From an uncultured bacterium (lineage in GTDB: Bacteria > Hydrogenedentota > Hydrogenedentia > Hydrogenedentales > JAEUWI01): 16,901 nucleotides of DNA. The notes beneath the pieces were generated by a model. The model did not search any database, was not told the origin of the DNA, and worked only from the letters and a program-made list of their open reading frames with translations. The position numbers were made by a program, and so were the translations under genes. Below are positions 1 to 7,904 of the stretch, in pieces. Positions within the stretch are counted from its first letter, which is position 1. The number at the start of each line of letters is the position of its first letter. The DNA is taken from assembly GCA_963977445.1 (NCBI GenBank), contig CAXBPH010000146.1:1-16901 (forward strand). Reading direction: 5' to 3'.

Positions 1-996
1 GCTGATCCCGGCGCGTTCCGTGTCGAGACGACAGACATAGGTCCAATAGCTGTGGGTGGACCCTTCGGGCACAACGGGGGTGATGAGCCAGTCACAACCT
101 TCTTCCTCAATGACCTGGGCGTAACGCCGGGCAATATAGATGCGTGCGGCCACAAGGGCGTCCAGACGTTCGAGCTGGGCCAGGGCCAACGCGGCCTGGA
201 CCGCCGACATGCGGTAGTTGTAGCCCATGATATCGTGGCGCTCAAATTCGTAGTCCTGGCGCACATCGCGCGGTACAAACGTATCGCCCGGCGTGGCCCC
301 CAGGGTGCGAAAACCCAATGCACCGCGCTTGCGGATGTTGCGGGCGTATTCTTTGTCGTTGGTGATGACCATACCGCCGTCGCCCCCCGAAGTCATGTGC
401 TTCGAGGCCTGGAAGCTATAGCTCGCGGCATGGCCGATGGTGCCCACCATGCGCCCTTTATAGGTGGAGAGAAAACACTCGGCGTTGTCCTCGATGACGA
501 CCAGATTGTGGGCTTCCGCCAGGGCCATGATGGCATCGTAATCCGGCGGCAAGCCATAGAGCGACACGGGGATGATGGCCCGCGTATGGGGCGTTATCTT
601 GCGGGCAATATCGGCGGGGTCCATGTTGTAGGTCTCGGGGGCGATATCGGCAAAGACCGGCACCGCGCCACACTGCACCACGACCACGGCGGTGGACACG
701 GCGGTGAGCGGGGGAACGATAACTTCATCACCCGGTCCGATACCTGCCGCGAGGAGGCACGTATGCATGGTGCCCGTGCCCGAATTATGTTGAATAGCAT
801 AGCCCACCCCAAAGCGCGCGGCGAAGGCGGCCTCCAGACGTTGATGGATGCTTGCCGGGTCGATGGTATTCCGAAAGCCTGCGTCGAGGACTTCATCCAT
901 ATAACGTCTGTCTGCCTCACCCACGCGGTTCGGCGGGAGGAGTGCGAAGAGTTCGTCCGGGGGGAGGGCGAGGGCGTTGTGTAGGGATTTGTTCAT
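1..996 (-). CDS. DegT/DnrJ/EryC1/StrS family PLP-dependent sugar aminotransferase (runs off the left edge)
   Basis: Translated by hand from ATG at 996: MNKSLHNALALPP...NSGTGTMH...GIGPGDEVIVPPLT...GAVPVFADI...IEDNAECF...SYSFQASKHMTSGGDGG...GYNYRMS...; contains the PLP-binding Asp (IED), the catalytic Lys (SFQASKH) and the GYNYRM motif. Open to position 1. AGGTG RBS upstream. Confidence 0.95.
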   Translation of the reverse strand, partial: MNKSLHNALALPPDELFALLPPNRVGEADRRYMDEVLDAGFRNTIDPASIHQRLEAAFAARFGVGYAIQHNSGTGTMHTCLLAAGIGPGDEVIVPPLTAVSTAVVVVQCGAVPVFADIAPETYNMDPADIARKITPHTRAIIPVSLYGLPPDYDAIMALAEAHNLVVIEDNAECFLSTYKGRMVGTIGHAASYSFQASKHMTSGGDGGMVITNDKEYARNIRKRGALGFRTLGATPGDTFVPRDVRQDYEFERHDIMGYNYRMSAVQAALALAQLERLDALVAARIYIARRYAQVIEEEGCDWLITPVVPEGSTHSYWTYVCRLDTERAGIS

Positions 997-1051
997 GGGT
1001 ACACCTGTAAGGGAATGTGTGTTTTGCCGCTGAATAAAGATGGCCTACAGT

Positions 1052-1363
1052 CTACATCGGTGCACACCGAATTAATAGCGAGTTGGTAATCGCCTCTTCC
1101 CGGAGCTGCTGTGCGGCTGGGAACTCGGGGTCCTTCAAAAAAGCGTGAAAGGCCTCTTCGCTGGGCCATTCGACGAAGAAGATAAGGTCGGCGTCGAAGT
1201 TTCCGATGAGCGCCATGTTTGGCGTGCCGCCTGTGCGCTTGATGCCACCATGCCGTTGCATAATGGGATAGGCCGCACGCATGTAATCGCGATATCTCTC
1301 CGCGCCGCCGTCGGGCTTAAACCAGAGCGCGTTGAACATGAGGATGGGGGCGGTGTCGGGCAT
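1052..1363 (-). CDS. DUF1330 domain-containing protein (dimeric alpha-beta barrel)
   Basis: 103 aa with the pattern MFNALWFK..YRDY..A.PIMQRHGG...FVEWPSEEAF.AF..DPEF.....LRE.A; ends 55 bp upstream of the aminotransferase on the same strand. Confidence 0.85.
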   Translation of the reverse strand: MPDTAPILMFNALWFKPDGGAERYRDYMRAAYPIMQRHGGIKRTGGTPNMALIGNFDADLIFFVEWPSEEAFHAFLKDPEFPAAQQLREEAITNSLLIRCAPM

Positions 1364-1474
1364 GGGGTGGTGCTTTCATGTGTTGGTACCGTATGGCATC
1401 GTCCGCAGTGGAACAACTTCGAAATCGGTGGGGGAGCGTGACAAGCGTATTCCGACAACAAAAACGTGCAAATC

Positions 1475-1613
1475 TGGGAGCGCAGGCGGCTCGCCTGCAT
1501 CGCACCGACGGTGCGCATAGAATTCTATAGGTTATTCGGAACTCGTCTGCCGTTGCTTTAACCGATTTTATCTAATCTTCAACAAACCATGATGCGAGCC
1601 GCCTGCGCTCCCA
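1475..1613. repeat. REPIN-like element: perfect 20-bp inverted repeat pair
   Basis: TGGGAGCGCAGGCGGCTCGC (1475-1494) and its exact reverse complement GCGAGCCGCCTGCGCTCCCA (1594-1613). The left copy extends into the hairpin GCAGGCG-GCT-CGCCTGC. The 99-bp spacer is more AT-rich. Confidence 0.8.
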
Positions 1614-1722
1614 ACCTTATGCGCTCTCGAAATGGAAGAGAAGTATCTTGTCGGGACGGGAGGAGCAGTTAGCACACGAACCGACGTTGTCGGATCGCGT
1701 GGCACGGGGCGTCTCGGGTTAG

Positions 1723-2673
1723 CTAATTCTTGGTGATCGCCAGATATTCTTCCCAGGCCTCCGCGACTTTGCCCGCCTCCGCATCTCCTTTGTGGGTGTA
1801 CAACCGATACTTCAAGGTTACCGAATCTCCCGGTGCCATGTCGTAGGGGGTGTTGCCGGGCCAGGCGTGTCCCAAGAAGGCGTAGTGGCGGATGAGATAG
1901 TGGGGGTGGGGGAAGTCGGGATTGTCAGGGTGTTGGAAGATGGCGGCTCCGGAAAGTTTTTCGCTGCCCGGTTCGACGGCATAGCTGACATCAACCCACG
2001 GCGATTCCACGATGAAGGTGTCTTCTTCCTGGACGCCGAGGGCCGTGGTGAAAAGCATTGGCTTCCGCGCTGCGTCGGGTCGGAAGTTAAAGCCGCCGTA
2101 TCCCTTGTTTTTCTCTATGGCCCCTTTGAGTTGGAGGGGGGCATCGGTGATGTTTTTCAGGGTGATGGTGAAGTCGAGGGCACGGCCCACATCCGTGGCG
2201 GGCCGTACGTCGATGCGGACGGTCTCCAGAGCGATGGGCATGTCGGGGGACTCGTCAAGTATCCACTCGTTTTCCAGCTCCAATACCGCTCCCGTTTTCG
2301 TGGCCTCCTGGGTGAGCCACTGCTTATGGCGTTCACGGGAGTTGGAAAGTCCCCAGGTATCCAGGCGTTTTCCCTTCCAGTCCCCCCGGGGCCATCCCCA
2401 GAATACGCCGCGGTGGTGATAGTGGTCGCTGGGGTAATCTTCCGTGAGGACTTCGCCGCCGATGCCATAGAGGGGGTGGATGTAGCCGGTTCGGCGAAAG
2501 TTGGGGGCTACGTCTATGGGCGGGTCGACCCAGGTGTAGTTATAGACCAAGACGGGCTGGTCGCCTTCGGTAATGGTGACGTTTTTTCCATCGTCGTGGA
2601 GGGAAAATTCGGCGTAGGCGAGGGGGACCGAAAAAAGGCCGCAGAGTGCCAGAGCAATGGCAGATTTAAACAT
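1723..2673 (-). CDS. Secreted DUF6807 / 'PmoA'-family protein (not a methane monooxygenase)
   Basis: Start reassigned to MFKSAIALALCGLFSVPLAYA (signal peptide, AAGGA RBS). Motifs YIHPLY, LTEDYPSDHYHHRGVFWGW, KGYGGFNFR and HPDNP match this family. Confidence 0.85.
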   Translation of the reverse strand: MFKSAIALALCGLFSVPLAYAEFSLHDDGKNVTITEGDQPVLVYNYTWVDPPIDVAPNFRRTGYIHPLYGIGGEVLTEDYPSDHYHHRGVFWGWPRGDWKGKRLDTWGLSNSRERHKQWLTQEATKTGAVLELENEWILDESPDMPIALETVRIDVRPATDVGRALDFTITLKNITDAPLQLKGAIEKNKGYGGFNFRPDAARKPMLFTTALGVQEEDTFIVESPWVDVSYAVEPGSEKLSGAAIFQHPDNPDFPHPHYLIRHYAFLGHAWPGNTPYDMAPGDSVTLKYRLYTHKGDAEAGKVAEAWEEYLAITKN

Positions 2674-2865
2674 GGAGTCTTCCTTAGATAAAGGTTGTCG
2701 GGTAGTTGGTGTAATGGTAGTGGGTTGGATGGCCGGATGCAAAAAAGGTCGCTCCCGCCGGGAGAGTGGGCCGTATCGTCACTTCCCATTCCTTTTTTGG
2801 ATGTTTCCACGCCAATGCCCTATACTTCGACCTACGAATCGCAATGGTCCTCAGGAGAGTCTCGA

Positions 2866-3933
2866 ATGATGTCGCCCCGATTTGGTAGCAATGGCGTTAC
2901 CATCCAAGACGTTGCCAAGGCGGCCGGGGTTTCTAAAAAAACAGTCTCCCGGGTCATCAACGGCGAGGATTATGTTACGGAGAAAACGGCCGAGCGGGTG
3001 CAGCAGGCCATCGCCTCCCTGGGTTATGTGCCCAACGTTTCCGCCCGTCGTCTCGCGAGCAATCGTTCCTATGTGCTCACCCTCGTTTATCAGGCCGAAG
3101 AACCTCCCGGCTGGTTGACCCACGTTATTCAGGGCATCGTGCAGACGGCAGCGACCCACGGATACGAAGTGGTCATCCATCCCTGCGAGGCGGAAGAAAA
3201 GGCGTCGCAGCAATCGCTCCAGGCCCTCGTTATGCGTGGGGGTACCGATGGACTCGTTCTCCTGCCGCCCTTTGGGAGCAAGACGGCATTTAACCTGCGT
3301 CTCTTCGAGGAAGGCATGCCCATGGCCTCCATCGAACCCTCTGATCCCGATTTGCCGTGGCCCGTGGCGACCATCACCAACCGCCAGGGGGCCTATGACA
3401 TGGCGGCCTATTTGCTGTCCCTGGGCCATCGTCGTATTGGTTTTATTCTCGGACCCAGTGACTATAGCGGAAGCTGGGAACGGCTCGATGGCTTCAAGGC
3501 CGCGCTGGCGGCGGAGGGCGTTCCCCATGAGGAAGGTCTCGTCGTCGCGGGGGACTACACCTTTGAATCAGGACTGGCGCAGGGACGAATCCTCCTCGCT
3601 GCGCCTATGTTGCCGTCCGCTATTTTCGCCAGCAACGACGAAATGGCCGCCGGGGTAATTCAGGCGGCCTATGAATTGGGACTTCGCGTGCCCGATGATA
3701 TTTCTGTTGTGGGGTTTGATGATAGTGCCTTGGCCTGTCGTCTTTCACCGCCGCTTACGACCATCCGCCAGCCCACGGTCGAGTTGGCAGCCCAATTGAC
3801 GGAGGCCTTGATCAAAAGAATCAACGGCGACGAAGGGGAGGAGACGCGGATAGAGATGACGACGTGTCTGGTGATTCGGGATTCGGCGACGTCGCTCATG
3901 GTTGCACCGGATATCCCGTCCGACAAAACGTGA
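2866..3933 (+). CDS. LacI family transcriptional repressor
   Basis: HTH TIQDVAKAAGVSKKTVSRVIN, hinge YVPNVSARRL, and sugar-binding domain motifs LGHRRIGFI, AIFASNDEMA, VPDDISVVGFDD, PPLTTIRQP. AGGAG RBS at 2853-2857 supports the start at 2866. Confidence 0.97.
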   Translation: MMSPRFGSNGVTIQDVAKAAGVSKKTVSRVINGEDYVTEKTAERVQQAIASLGYVPNVSARRLASNRSYVLTLVYQAEEPPGWLTHVIQGIVQTAATHGYEVVIHPCEAEEKASQQSLQALVMRGGTDGLVLLPPFGSKTAFNLRLFEEGMPMASIEPSDPDLPWPVATITNRQGAYDMAAYLLSLGHRRIGFILGPSDYSGSWERLDGFKAALAAEGVPHEEGLVVAGDYTFESGLAQGRILLAAPMLPSAIFASNDEMAAGVIQAAYELGLRVPDDISVVGFDDSALACRLSPPLTTIRQPTVELAAQLTEALIKRINGDEGEETRIEMTTCLVIRDSATSLMVAPDIPSDKT

Positions 3934-3939
3934 GCGTGG

Positions 3940-4037
3940 GTGGATTTTGTGGACTGGGTGGACGCGGTGGACATCTCGAAGTCGTGATAGTTCCTGCTAT
4001 TGGCTACGCAGTCCACAACGTCCACTATGTCCACAAA
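3940..4037. repeat. Inverted array of GTGGAC/GTCCAC units with 9-bp period (REP-like hairpin)
   Basis: GTGGAT at 3940, GTGGAC at 3949, 3958 and 3967; GTCCAC at 4011, 4020 and 4029. Outer arms TTTGTGGAC / GTCCACAAA. Confidence 0.8.
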
Positions 4038-4099
4038 CAAACCAAGCAAATTTGCACCTTTAAAAACGCCTCTTTTTTAGAAAGTGAGATGCCCCGCAG

Positions 4100-5398
4100 A
4101 TGAAAAAACTTCCCCAGTTAGCCCTGGTCACCCTCGGCGCCATCCTTATAACGACCTTCGCCCACGCCGCCCCCGAACACATCGTCGACATCGACGTGAA
4201 CGACGAGGTCTGGCTTCGGCCTGAACCGATGACCGATGAAGATGTAAAGTCCCTGGTCAAGGAGCTCAAAGAAAACGGCTGCGACACGCTCATCGTCCGT
4301 GCGGGGTGTCTGGGCCTGCTGCCGTATCAAACCGACCTTTCCTATCCCATGGGTTTTGATGCCGACCATGCCCGCGCCCACCCCACGTCTATGGTGCCCG
4401 ATGTGGAAGCCTATATCGCCCAACGTACGGCGTGGAACGCGACCTATGCCCAGGTAATCGCTGAGTATAATCCGCCGGAGGTCTTTATCAAGGCCGGCCA
4501 TGATTTGCAGATGAAGGTCATCGTGTGGATAGACCTTTTTGACGATATGTTTCCCGGATTCAGGTCCAAATTTCTCGATGAGAATCCCCACGTGCAATGG
4601 CTGGGGAAAGACGGCACCACCTACTTCAAGGGCCTCACTGATTATGCCTGGCCCGAAGCACGGGCCTTCCGGGTGAAGCAGGCAAAAGAGTTGCTCGCGT
4701 GGGGTGCCGACGGCATCCTCTGTTCGACCAGCAGCCATACCCGCCATCTGCCCAATACCCACGAAGAAGATTTCTACGGCTACAGTCAGCCCATCGTTGA
4801 TGCCTACCAGAAAAAGCACGGGGTGGATATCCGCACGGCGGAAAGCTTCGACAAAGAAGCCTGGCACGACCTCAAAGGCGATGCCATGGTCCAGCTCTAT
4901 CGGGAGCTCGCGGCACTCTGTCATGGCCAGGAAAAAGAGCTGTGGGTGGGCCTGCAACTCGGGAAGTATACCCAGTTTGCCGTCGACCCTCATTTCAGCA
5001 CCAATGTGGTCGTCCGCTATACGAACCACTGGAAGCAGCTCGTGGACGAGGGCATTGCGGACGCCTTCATCGTGGGGGACTATGAAATTGTGGCCAGTCC
5101 CGACCACGCCTATTGGAGCGCCAAGCCCGATATCGTGCGGCAGGAAGGGGAGGACCTCTTCGGCTGGGCGGCACGCGAGTATCAGGAATACTGCAAGGGC
5201 AAGACGAAACTTTATCTCTTTTCTGAGTGGCTTCCGGGAGAGCCAAATGGCTTGGAAACGAAGATGGAATTCTGGGCCGATACAACCCGTAAGCATGGCT
5301 TTGATGGCATCGACGTCCACGAAGCGTGGAATTTCGAGGCCCATCCGGATAACATGGCGGTGCTGGGGCGTTTTTCGGAGCGCCTGAAGGCGGAGTGA
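4100..5398 (+). CDS. Secreted glycoside hydrolase-like TIM-barrel protein (GHL10-like)
   Basis: Signal peptide ending AHA. The segments LVKELKENGCDTLIVRA, FIKAGHDLQMKVIVWI, FLDENPH, DYAWPEARAF...ELLAWGADGI and FYGYSQPIVDAYQKKHGVD follow the GHL10/DUF187-like pattern. Confidence 0.7.
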   Translation: MKKLPQLALVTLGAILITTFAHAAPEHIVDIDVNDEVWLRPEPMTDEDVKSLVKELKENGCDTLIVRAGCLGLLPYQTDLSYPMGFDADHARAHPTSMVPDVEAYIAQRTAWNATYAQVIAEYNPPEVFIKAGHDLQMKVIVWIDLFDDMFPGFRSKFLDENPHVQWLGKDGTTYFKGLTDYAWPEARAFRVKQAKELLAWGADGILCSTSSHTRHLPNTHEEDFYGYSQPIVDAYQKKHGVDIRTAESFDKEAWHDLKGDAMVQLYRELAALCHGQEKELWVGLQLGKYTQFAVDPHFSTNVVVRYTNHWKQLVDEGIADAFIVGDYEIVASPDHAYWSAKPDIVRQEGEDLFGWAAREYQEYCKGKTKLYLFSEWLPGEPNGLETKMEFWADTTRKHGFDGIDVHEAWNFEAHPDNMAVLGRFSERLKAE

Positions 5399-5449
5399 CG
5401 TAGGGGGAGAACGGATAAGGACCAACGGTTTTCTTCCAAGGTAACTACT

Positions 5450-5645
5450 AAGGGTGCCACCTACACACGCAGCCGGTTCCCGGCTAAGTTTGTGGGTGCG
5501 AGCTTATGGCGTGGCATTGTTTCTTGATGGTCGATGAAGATTCGATCAATTGATACTCACGTCGCTTATTTTGACGGTGGGTCGTAATTGCTGACTTACA
5601 CCCATAAAGCTGCTCGTTCCTCGCATCTGTATAGGTGGCACCCTT
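5450..5645. repeat. REPIN-like element: 18-bp inverted repeat pair (17/18 match)
   Basis: AAGGGTGCCACCTACACA (5450-5467) versus TGTATAGGTGGCACCCTT (5628-5645). The right copy continues into the imperfect palindrome GTGGCACCC-TTT-GGGGCGAC. Confidence 0.75.
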
Positions 5646-5747
5646 TGGGGCGACTGCTGAACATGCTTTCGGTTTCAAAGTTCAGGAAATTCTCGACGAA
5701 CAGTAAACCTCGATTACAAAAGTTTCGACCACACTCAGAAGGAATAG

Positions 5748-6563
5748 ATGATGTCAACATTCAAGAAGTCAATCACGCGGGTCGTGTTCCCAGTCCTCTT
5801 CCTGTTTGCCGCCCTCGCCGCACTTCCAGCCGCCGCCGCCCCCGAATATCCCCAGGACATTGAATGTGAAGGGGAATACACGGGACACCTCCAAGGGGTG
5901 TGCACCAACGAAAAGGATGCCATTTTCTGGTCTTTTACCACGGTCATGGTGAAGACTGACCACGCTGGAAAGATCATCAAAAAGGTCCTCGCCGATTCCC
6001 ACCACGGCGACCTCTGTTTCTACGAGGGCAAGGTCTATGTGGCCGTTAATCTCGGGCAGTTTAACAACCCCGAGGGTAAGGCCGATTCCTGGGTGTATGC
6101 CTACGACCCCGAGACACTGGAAGTCTTGGCAAAGCACCACGTGCCCGAAGCCTTTCACGGTGCCGGGGGCATTGGCGTGCGTGATGACCATTTTTACGTC
6201 GTGGGTGGGCTACCCAAGGGCATCGAAGAGAACTATGTCTACGAATACGATGGGGACTTCACGTTCATCAAGAAACACATCGTCAAGAGTGGGTGGACCA
6301 ATGTGGGTATTCAGTCGACCACCTGGCACGACGGGGCATGGTGGTTTGGCTGCTACGGGAGTCCCAATATTCTCCTCAAGGCCGATGAAGACTTCAATAT
6401 GCTGGGGCGCTACGAATTTTCCGCGGCCCTGGGCATCGTCGGCATTGAGCCCGACCTCTTTCTTGTGGCCAAGGGACCCGTCTCGCCCGAAAAAATGCAC
6501 CGGGGCACTCTGCACCACGCGCGCAGCGACGAAAAAACTGGTCTTGCCTTCGTGAAGCCGTGA
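5748..6563 (+). CDS. Secreted hypothetical protein, probable beta-propeller
   Basis: Signal peptide (VLFLFAALAALPAAAA), AGGAA RBS, and repeated blade-like segments GHLQGV, HHGDLCFYEGKVYVAV, HGAGGIGVRDDHFYVVG, GIQSTTWHDGAWWFGCY. Confidence 0.8.
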   Translation: MMSTFKKSITRVVFPVLFLFAALAALPAAAAPEYPQDIECEGEYTGHLQGVCTNEKDAIFWSFTTVMVKTDHAGKIIKKVLADSHHGDLCFYEGKVYVAVNLGQFNNPEGKADSWVYAYDPETLEVLAKHHVPEAFHGAGGIGVRDDHFYVVGGLPKGIEENYVYEYDGDFTFIKKHIVKSGWTNVGIQSTTWHDGAWWFGCYGSPNILLKADEDFNMLGRYEFSAALGIVGIEPDLFLVAKGPVSPEKMHRGTLHHARSDEKTGLAFVKP

Positions 6564-6724
6564 AGGGTATTGCCACGGTTGCTCACGTAGTGACGTTACG
6601 GGGGTGGGTTTGTGAACTCGTCCCCCCTGGTGCCTTCCGCCTTTGCAGGGTGGCTTGGGTAGCGTCGTTCTTGTAAGGCATCTCACCATTTGAAATGTCC
6701 ATATAACATTGTTCGGTGGAACTC

Positions 6725-6753
6725 TTGACACCGGTGTCATAATTTGATAGCGT
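6725..6753 (+). promoter_or_regulatory. Sigma70-type promoter of the isomerase gene
   Basis: TTGACA (6725-6730), 17-bp spacer, TAGCGT (6748-6753) preceded by an extended -10 TG. Confidence 0.7.
6726..6739. promoter_or_regulatory. LacI-type operator palindrome
   Basis: Perfect 14-bp palindrome TGACACCGGTGTCA with a central CG, overlapping the -35 box. A weaker LacI-like site, TGATAGCGTTAAC (6745-6757), overlaps the -10 box. Confidence 0.8.
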
Positions 6754-6850
6754 TAACCCGCTGCGGTCCCGATGGGGCCGATTGGGTTTAATCATCGTGC
6801 ACGCCACGGGTCTGTCCTGTGTCTGCGTGCATCGGAAGAAAGGCAATAGA

Positions 6851-7894
6851 ATGAGTGACGACAACAAAGGCTACCGGTTTTCTTTTGGTCCATGGAATAT
6901 CAATGAGGGCAACGATCCCTTTGGACCCACCGTGCGGCCGACCCTGTCTTTTGGAAAGAAACTGGGCCACTACAAGGCCATGGGCTTTGAAGGCGTCCAG
7001 TTTCACGATGACGATGCCGTGCCGGAGCTGGAAGGTCTGAATGCCAAGCAGTTGGCGAAAGAAGCCGGTTCCATGAAGAAGGTGCTGGATGGGGAAGGGC
7101 TCGTCTGCGAATTTATCGCTCCCCGTCTCTGGGAAGACAAGCGCGGTATCGACGGCGGTTTTACGGCCAATGATCCCAAGGTTCGTGAATGGGCATTCGA
7201 CCGGGCGAAGAAATGCGCCGACATTGCCCGCGCTATGGACTGCAAAATGATCGTGCTGTGGCTGGCTCGCGAAGGCACCTATATCCGTGAATCCAAAGAC
7301 GCCATCGCCGCCTATGGTCACATCCAGGACCTTATCAACACCCTCTTGGACTACGACAGCGAAATCGAAATCGCCATCGAACCCAAGCCCAACGAGCCCA
7401 TGGATCACGCGTACTGCCCGACCATTGGTCATGCCCTGGCCCTATCCGGTACGAGCAAGGATCCAAGTCGCGTTGGTGGCCTCATCGAGACGGCCCACGC
7501 CATCCTCGCCGGTCTTGATCCGTCCGACGAAATGGCCTTTGCCCTTTCACAGGGCAAACTGCTGAGCGTCCACCTGAATGATCAGAATGGTCTGAAGTTT
7601 GACCAGGATAAGTCCTTCGGTGCGGCCAATCTCCGCATGGCCTACAATCAGGTCCGTGTATTGGAGCAGGCCAACTATGCAGACACGAAGCGTTTCATCG
7701 GTCTGGATATCAAGGCCATGCGTACGCAAAAAGGTGAGTGCGTGACCGATCACCTGAGCAACAGCAAGAAGATCTTCCTGGCGCTCGTGGACAAGGTTCG
7801 CAGCTTCGACAAGAATCTCGAAAAGCAGCTCATCGACGCCCGGGACTACGAAGGTCTCGAGATGGCGGTGCTTGCCCACCTCATGGGTGTGTAA
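6851..7894 (+). CDS. Xylose isomerase family sugar isomerase (divergent class I; substrate uncertain, candidate D-apiose isomerase)
   Basis: 347 aa from the ATG at 6851. Motifs FSFGPW, DPFG, FHDDD, DGGFTAND, WLAREG, EPKPNEP, PTIGHAL, ETAH and DQDKSFG align with class I XylA. Confidence 0.9.
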   Translation: MSDDNKGYRFSFGPWNINEGNDPFGPTVRPTLSFGKKLGHYKAMGFEGVQFHDDDAVPELEGLNAKQLAKEAGSMKKVLDGEGLVCEFIAPRLWEDKRGIDGGFTANDPKVREWAFDRAKKCADIARAMDCKMIVLWLAREGTYIRESKDAIAAYGHIQDLINTLLDYDSEIEIAIEPKPNEPMDHAYCPTIGHALALSGTSKDPSRVGGLIETAHAILAGLDPSDEMAFALSQGKLLSVHLNDQNGLKFDQDKSFGAANLRMAYNQVRVLEQANYADTKRFIGLDIKAMRTQKGECVTDHLSNSKKIFLALVDKVRSFDKNLEKQLIDARDYEGLEMAVLAHLMGV

Positions 7895-7904
7895 TCTAAT
7901 TTAT

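Noticed and set aside
52..984. 310-aa plus-strand ORF
   Set aside because: Antisense shadow of the DegT aminotransferase, which has clear motifs on the minus strand.
1792..2691. 299-aa plus-strand ORF
   Set aside because: Antisense shadow of the DUF6807 gene.
2674..2865. Upstream extensions of the DUF6807 (to 2742) and LacI (from 2695) ORFs
   Set aside because: They would overlap head-to-head; RBS positions and domain boundaries support starts at 2673 and 2866.
3940..4037. CRISPR array
   Set aside because: Units are 6 bp with 3-bp linkers and are inverted; no cas genes in the window.
4118..5425. 435-aa minus-strand ORF
   Set aside because: Antisense shadow caused by codon bias; no recognisable motifs.
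5484..5678. 64-aa ORF overlapping the inverted-repeat element
   Set aside because: No convincing RBS or motif, and it runs through a repeat arm.
6694..6710. AATGT-N7-ACATT dyad upstream of the isomerase promoter
   Set aside because: Only 5-bp arms in AT-rich DNA; cannot be distinguished from chance.
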